A stretch of DNA of 64,000 bases from assembly GCA_964563155.1 (NCBI GenBank), contig CAZLVL010000008.1:40310-104309 (forward strand), read 5' to 3'. The translations under genes and the position numbers were made by a program. Each line of letters begins with the position of its first letter. Within the stretch, counting starts at the first letter, position 1. The notes beneath the pieces are model-generated. The model saw only the letters and a list, made by a program, of their open reading frames with translations, searched no databases and had not been told where the DNA came from. Of this stretch, positions 60,664-64,000 are shown piece by piece. The DNA is from an uncultured Clostridiaceae bacterium. GTDB taxonomy: Bacteria; Bacillota; Clostridia; DUPQ01.

Positions 60664-62190
60664 CTACAACAACTCCATAATGTAATAGGTTAATAATAGT
60701 TTGAAGCGGTTATCTCCCTTAGCAAGATCCATACCACATATTTTTTGGATTCTTGAAATCCTATGAACAACGGTATTTCTGTGTAAATACAGCTTATCTG
60801 CGGTCATTGTCAAATTACCACCGCAAAGTAAGTATTCATATAATGTGGTGAAATAATCTGTTCCGTTACGCAGATCATATTCTTTCACTTTACCCACGCT
60901 AGGATGACAAAAATCACCAACTTGCCCATCAAGGCTTTTTAGTAAATCGAATATATATAGTTGCTCATAGTCAAATAGAATTTCTCCTTTTTTTAGAACT
61001 TTTCCCAATTTTGATGCGGCCTGTGCTTGCAAATAATGGTTTCTAAACTCAATTACATCATTAAAAACACGACTAACCCCTGCAGATAGATTGTTTTGTT
61101 TAAAAACATCACAGAGTACTTCTTTTGTTTCTGGCCACTGTTCAAATGTTTTCGATTCAAGCAATAATACAATACCATCATTGTAAAAGACTGTTTTACA
61201 AGAGGGTAACATTGTCTCTAGTCTCCAACGCAGATAAGCGGAAAGATGAGATGCTCCACTATTTCCTTGTAAATTCGCAAATAGAACATAAAAATGCTTA
61301 CTCTCTCCATGAAATAACTCCTCTATCCTCTCTCTTACAATGGTATCGTTTCCAGTTCTTTCATTAAGAAGATCCAGCAATAAATACTCATGCATAACAC
61401 CTGTTACATTGTAGTAATTTTTATCCTTTTGCATTTCGGAAGCTAGCACATCGCAAAGTAGTTGGGCAATTGATATGTCTTCTTGAGTAAGTTGACGATT
61501 ATTTTCTAAAACACCTATATACCCTATAGTTTTATCCTTTACCTGTATTTTTCCCACTATTCGCTTAAGATAATGAGGAGTATTAGGTGATACTAAGACT
61601 GGATGGGAGCTTTGTGTAACTTGCTCTACAATCCCTTCACGAACATACAATTCTAAATTCTTGTTATTGCCATATCCTAGGTTTTCAAGGTCATTCCAAA
61701 AGGTATCATCTATGTTGGTTCCTGCAGACGAAGCAAGGAGCCTTGAGGTTGCATCTATTAAAAATACAGGATTTCCTAAAATTTCTGAGCCTACCTGGAC
61801 TATATAATTAAGTCCCTTCCCTCTTATTAAAGAATTCAAAAGAGCTGCAGAACTATCTATGAGCTTTCTACTTGACTGGAAAAGATCAAGTAGAGTATTG
61901 AAAAGCCTGTTCATATCTGTATCAGATGAAAAAACTGCCACATCTGCTTTAAACAAACTATTATCAAAAGACGAGTCAGAAATCAAGATTAAACCAGCGT
62001 CCTCAATTAAGGAAGAAAACTCTAATACTATAGATACTTTTGCTACATACAAAATATCTTGCCCAATTAAACTCTCCTTACTGCTTAAAAACCGCACTTC
62101 TTTGTATTCACGCTCTGGCCATGCTTTGCTATATACCTTAAAATCATAATCAGACAACTTTGAAAGTAGTTTTTCAAACTTTAATCCCAT
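60664..62190 (-). CDS. PucR/CdaR-family transcriptional regulator
   Basis: C-terminal PucR HTH (LYLHRNTVVHRISRIQKICGMDL). Start at MGLKFEK (62190) with an AAGAGGTG SD; the track start 62229 has no usable SD. Confidence 0.7.
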   Translation of the reverse strand: MGLKFEKLLSKLSDYDFKVYSKAWPEREYKEVRFLSSKESLIGQDILYVAKVSIVLEFSSLIEDAGLILISDSSFDNSLFKADVAVFSSDTDMNRLFNTLLDLFQSSRKLIDSSAALLNSLIRGKGLNYIVQVGSEILGNPVFLIDATSRLLASSAGTNIDDTFWNDLENLGYGNNKNLELYVREGIVEQVTQSSHPVLVSPNTPHYLKRIVGKIQVKDKTIGYIGVLENNRQLTQEDISIAQLLCDVLASEMQKDKNYYNVTGVMHEYLLLDLLNERTGNDTIVRERIEELFHGESKHFYVLFANLQGNSGASHLSAYLRWRLETMLPSCKTVFYNDGIVLLLESKTFEQWPETKEVLCDVFKQNNLSAGVSRVFNDVIEFRNHYLQAQAASKLGKVLKKGEILFDYEQLYIFDLLKSLDGQVGDFCHPSVGKVKEYDLRNGTDYFTTLYEYLLCGGNLTMTADKLYLHRNTVVHRISRIQKICGMDLAKGDNRFKLLLTYYIMELL

Positions 62191-62345
62191 ACAAATCACC
62201 TCTTTTTTATCATAGTGTAAAAATACCATATTGTCACCTTATTTTTGTATCTTTACACAATGACATATGTCTTTTTCCTTGATAATATATTAACAATGTT
62301 ATACATAATTAAATAATATAGAAGAGATATAAGGAGGATTTTCAA

Positions 62346-64000
62346 GTGTACGATAACTTATTTAAGCCAATCAAACTTAGAGGTATGGAACTTAAAAATC
62401 GCGTAGTATTTCCCGCAATGGGAAGCGGTTTTCTTAAAAATGGCCATGTCACTGACACCTTCATCAATTATCACGTAGCACGGGCTCTCGGTGGTAATGG
62501 TTTGAATATCACAGAAGCTGCCTCAGTGCATGCACCGTCAGCACCTCGAGATTTTCTTATGCGCATCTGTGATGACGATTGCAATCCAGGTCTAAAGCGT
62601 TTTACCGATGCCATTCATGAAGCTGGTGGAAAAGCATGTGTTCAACTTTGGCAAGGCGGTATCGCAGCGGTTTCGGGAGATCCACAAGCTTTGTGTTTTG
62701 TGCCTGTTGAAACTGATTTAGGAGGTTTTAAAGTACCTGGCGCTTCAGTGGAACTGATCAAGGAAGTAGTTGAGTCTTTCGGACAAGCTGCAAAACGTGC
62801 AGTTGAAACAGGTTTTGACTGTGTTGAGTTCCATGCTGCCCACGGCTATTCTCCACACTCATTTTTAAGTGGTGCAGTAAATAAAAGAACAGATGAATAT
62901 GGTGGCTCTTTGGAAAACCGTGCCAGATATCCTCTAGAATGCATAAGAGAAATCCGCAAGAATATCCCTGATGATATGCCTCTTTTAATGCGAATTGTGC
63001 CTCATGACGACTACCTAGAAGATGGGCTAACTGTTGAAGAAATGGTTGAGTTTTGCAAAATGGCCAAAGATGCAGGTGTGGATGTACTTGATGTATCAAG
63101 AGGTAATGCTCTTAGTGCTGGTGTTAAATTTGAGGTACCATCAATTGATTTACCTCGTGGCTTCAATGTTGATAATGCAGCACGTATTAAAAAAGAAACA
63201 GGTATGACAACAATAGCTGTGGGAAGAATTAACTCACCTGATCAAGCAGATGCGATCATATCAGAAGGAAAAGCGGATATGGTTGTAATGGGACGTGCAC
63301 AAATTGCAGATCCAGAATTTTGCAAAAAGGCACAAGCTGGAAATGAAGATGATATTATTCGTTGTATCGCCTGTAATCAAGGTTGTGCAGATCGTTTTAT
63401 GTCTGATGAAAAACTGGGATTGAGTTGTCTTAGAAATCCTTCAGTTGGACGGGAAAAAGAATTTGTACTTGAACCAGCAAAACAAGCAAAGAGAGTTTTG
63501 GTTGCAGGTGGAGGTCTTGCAGGTCTTGAAGCAGCTATTACTCTTAAAAAGAGAGGTCATATACCTATACTAGTTGAAGAATCCGACCATCTAGGAGGTC
63601 AATTTATTCTTGCAGGTATGGCTCCTAGAAAAGATGAAATGAAAAATGCAGCTCTATCAAGAGCAAAACAAGCTAAAGATATGGGTGTGGATATAAGGCT
63701 TAATACAAAAGCTGACCCTGCATTATTAGATGAAATAGGACCTGAAGCTGTTATTGTCGCTACAGGCGGCCAACCTATAAAACCCAATATCCCAGGTGGA
63801 GACCTTCCTAATGTTGTAGGCTCTTTTGATGTACTATCAGGGAAAAAGGAAGCTTCAGGTAATATCATTGTCATAGGAGGAGGACTTGTAGGTCTAGAAG
63901 TCGCTGAGTATTTAGCCCATGCCAATAAAGAAAACAAGATCACTATTATCGAAATGGCAAATCAAGTAGGTGCAGACTTAGGCTTATTTAGAAAGATATG
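62346..64000 (+). CDS. NADH:flavin oxidoreductase (OYE-like FMN domain + 4Fe-4S Cys cluster + FAD/NAD(P) domain; 2-enoate/2,4-dienoyl-CoA reductase family), 3'-truncated
   Basis: GTG start at 62346 with AAGGAGG 7 nt upstream. OYE motifs (RVVFPAMG, EFHAAHGY). C-x2-C-x3-C in IACNQGCADR. GGGLAG and GGGLVG dinucleotide motifs. Runs off the window end, so it is missing from the ORF track. Confidence 0.85.
   Translation, partial: MYDNLFKPIKLRGMELKNRVVFPAMGSGFLKNGHVTDTFINYHVARALGGNGLNITEAASVHAPSAPRDFLMRICDDDCNPGLKRFTDAIHEAGGKACVQLWQGGIAAVSGDPQALCFVPVETDLGGFKVPGASVELIKEVVESFGQAAKRAVETGFDCVEFHAAHGYSPHSFLSGAVNKRTDEYGGSLENRARYPLECIREIRKNIPDDMPLLMRIVPHDDYLEDGLTVEEMVEFCKMAKDAGVDVLDVSRGNALSAGVKFEVPSIDLPRGFNVDNAARIKKETGMTTIAVGRINSPDQADAIISEGKADMVVMGRAQIADPEFCKKAQAGNEDDIIRCIACNQGCADRFMSDEKLGLSCLRNPSVGREKEFVLEPAKQAKRVLVAGGGLAGLEAAITLKKRGHIPILVEESDHLGGQFILAGMAPRKDEMKNAALSRAKQAKDMGVDIRLNTKADPALLDEIGPEAVIVATGGQPIKPNIPGGDLPNVVGSFDVLSGKKEASGNIIVIGGGLVGLEVAEYLAHANKENKITIIEMANQVGADLGLFRKI

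Overview
This is a low-GC (about 30% by eye) anaerobe-like bacterial chromosome segment. It is gene-dense and uses both strands. No rRNA, tRNA, CRISPR array or recognisable IS/transposase is present. All 48 CDSs were called from the translations. Gene boundaries use ATG/GTG/TTG starts that I re-evaluated by hand where an SD sequence suggested a better one.

Content by region:
- 1-3.7 kb: sugar isomerase (5' partial), Gfo/Idh/MocA dehydrogenase, MATE pump and a divergent XRE regulator.
- 3.7-8.2 kb: a tldD-tldE(pmbA)-hflX operon.
- 8.4-9.4 kb: a secreted protein with a Pro/Ser/Thr-rich linker.
- 9.4-23 kb: ABC-F ATPase, Pit transporter with its DUF47 partner, M28 peptidase, URO-D-family methyltransferase, PnuC, an alkaline-phosphatase-family phosphodiesterase with a DHH/DHHA1 phosphoesterase and a large membrane protein, and a GH3 glycosidase.
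- 23.2-26.4 kb: an 818-aa CoA-disulfide-reductase-rhodanese-TusA-DsrE fusion followed by a Crp/Fnr regulator.
- 26.4-28.9 kb: pdxR divergent from pdxS, with no pdxT.
- 29.1-31.1 kb: an alpha-oxoamine synthase overlapping an SDR reductase.
- 31.8-41.2 kb: a cheA-cheW-cheR-cheB-mcp operon with no cheY, followed by a separately transcribed membrane PAS-GGDEF(degenerate)-HD-GYP protein and a divergent DUF488-ComFB pair.
- 43.5-52.7 kb: a glycan-use locus with a GH28-like beta-helix, GH38 alpha-mannosidase, PHP hydrolase, esterase, GPH symporter and AraC regulator.
- 52.7-62.2 kb: an accessory-looking block with three divergent paralogues of an AAA+ ATPase fused to a DUF4143 (PD-(D/E)xK-like) domain, plus an FAD oxidoreductase, XRE regulator, Maa acetyltransferase, nitroreductase, GNAT and PucR regulator.
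- 62.3-64.0 kb: a 3'-truncated OYE-type flavin oxidoreductase with a GTG start that is absent from the supplied ORF track.

Candidates worth a second look:
1. The chemosensory operon without CheY, sitting beside c-di-GMP turnover and receptor-family genes.
2. The array of three AAA+/PD-(D/E)xK-like genes with a 33-bp direct repeat flanking one copy and three tandem 23-bp repeats in their divergent promoter.
3. The alpha-oxoamine synthase + SDR pair, which could make a sphingoid base or amino-lipid.
4. The tldD-tldE-hflX operon.

Everything is inferred from the sequence and from family knowledge. No database search was run.
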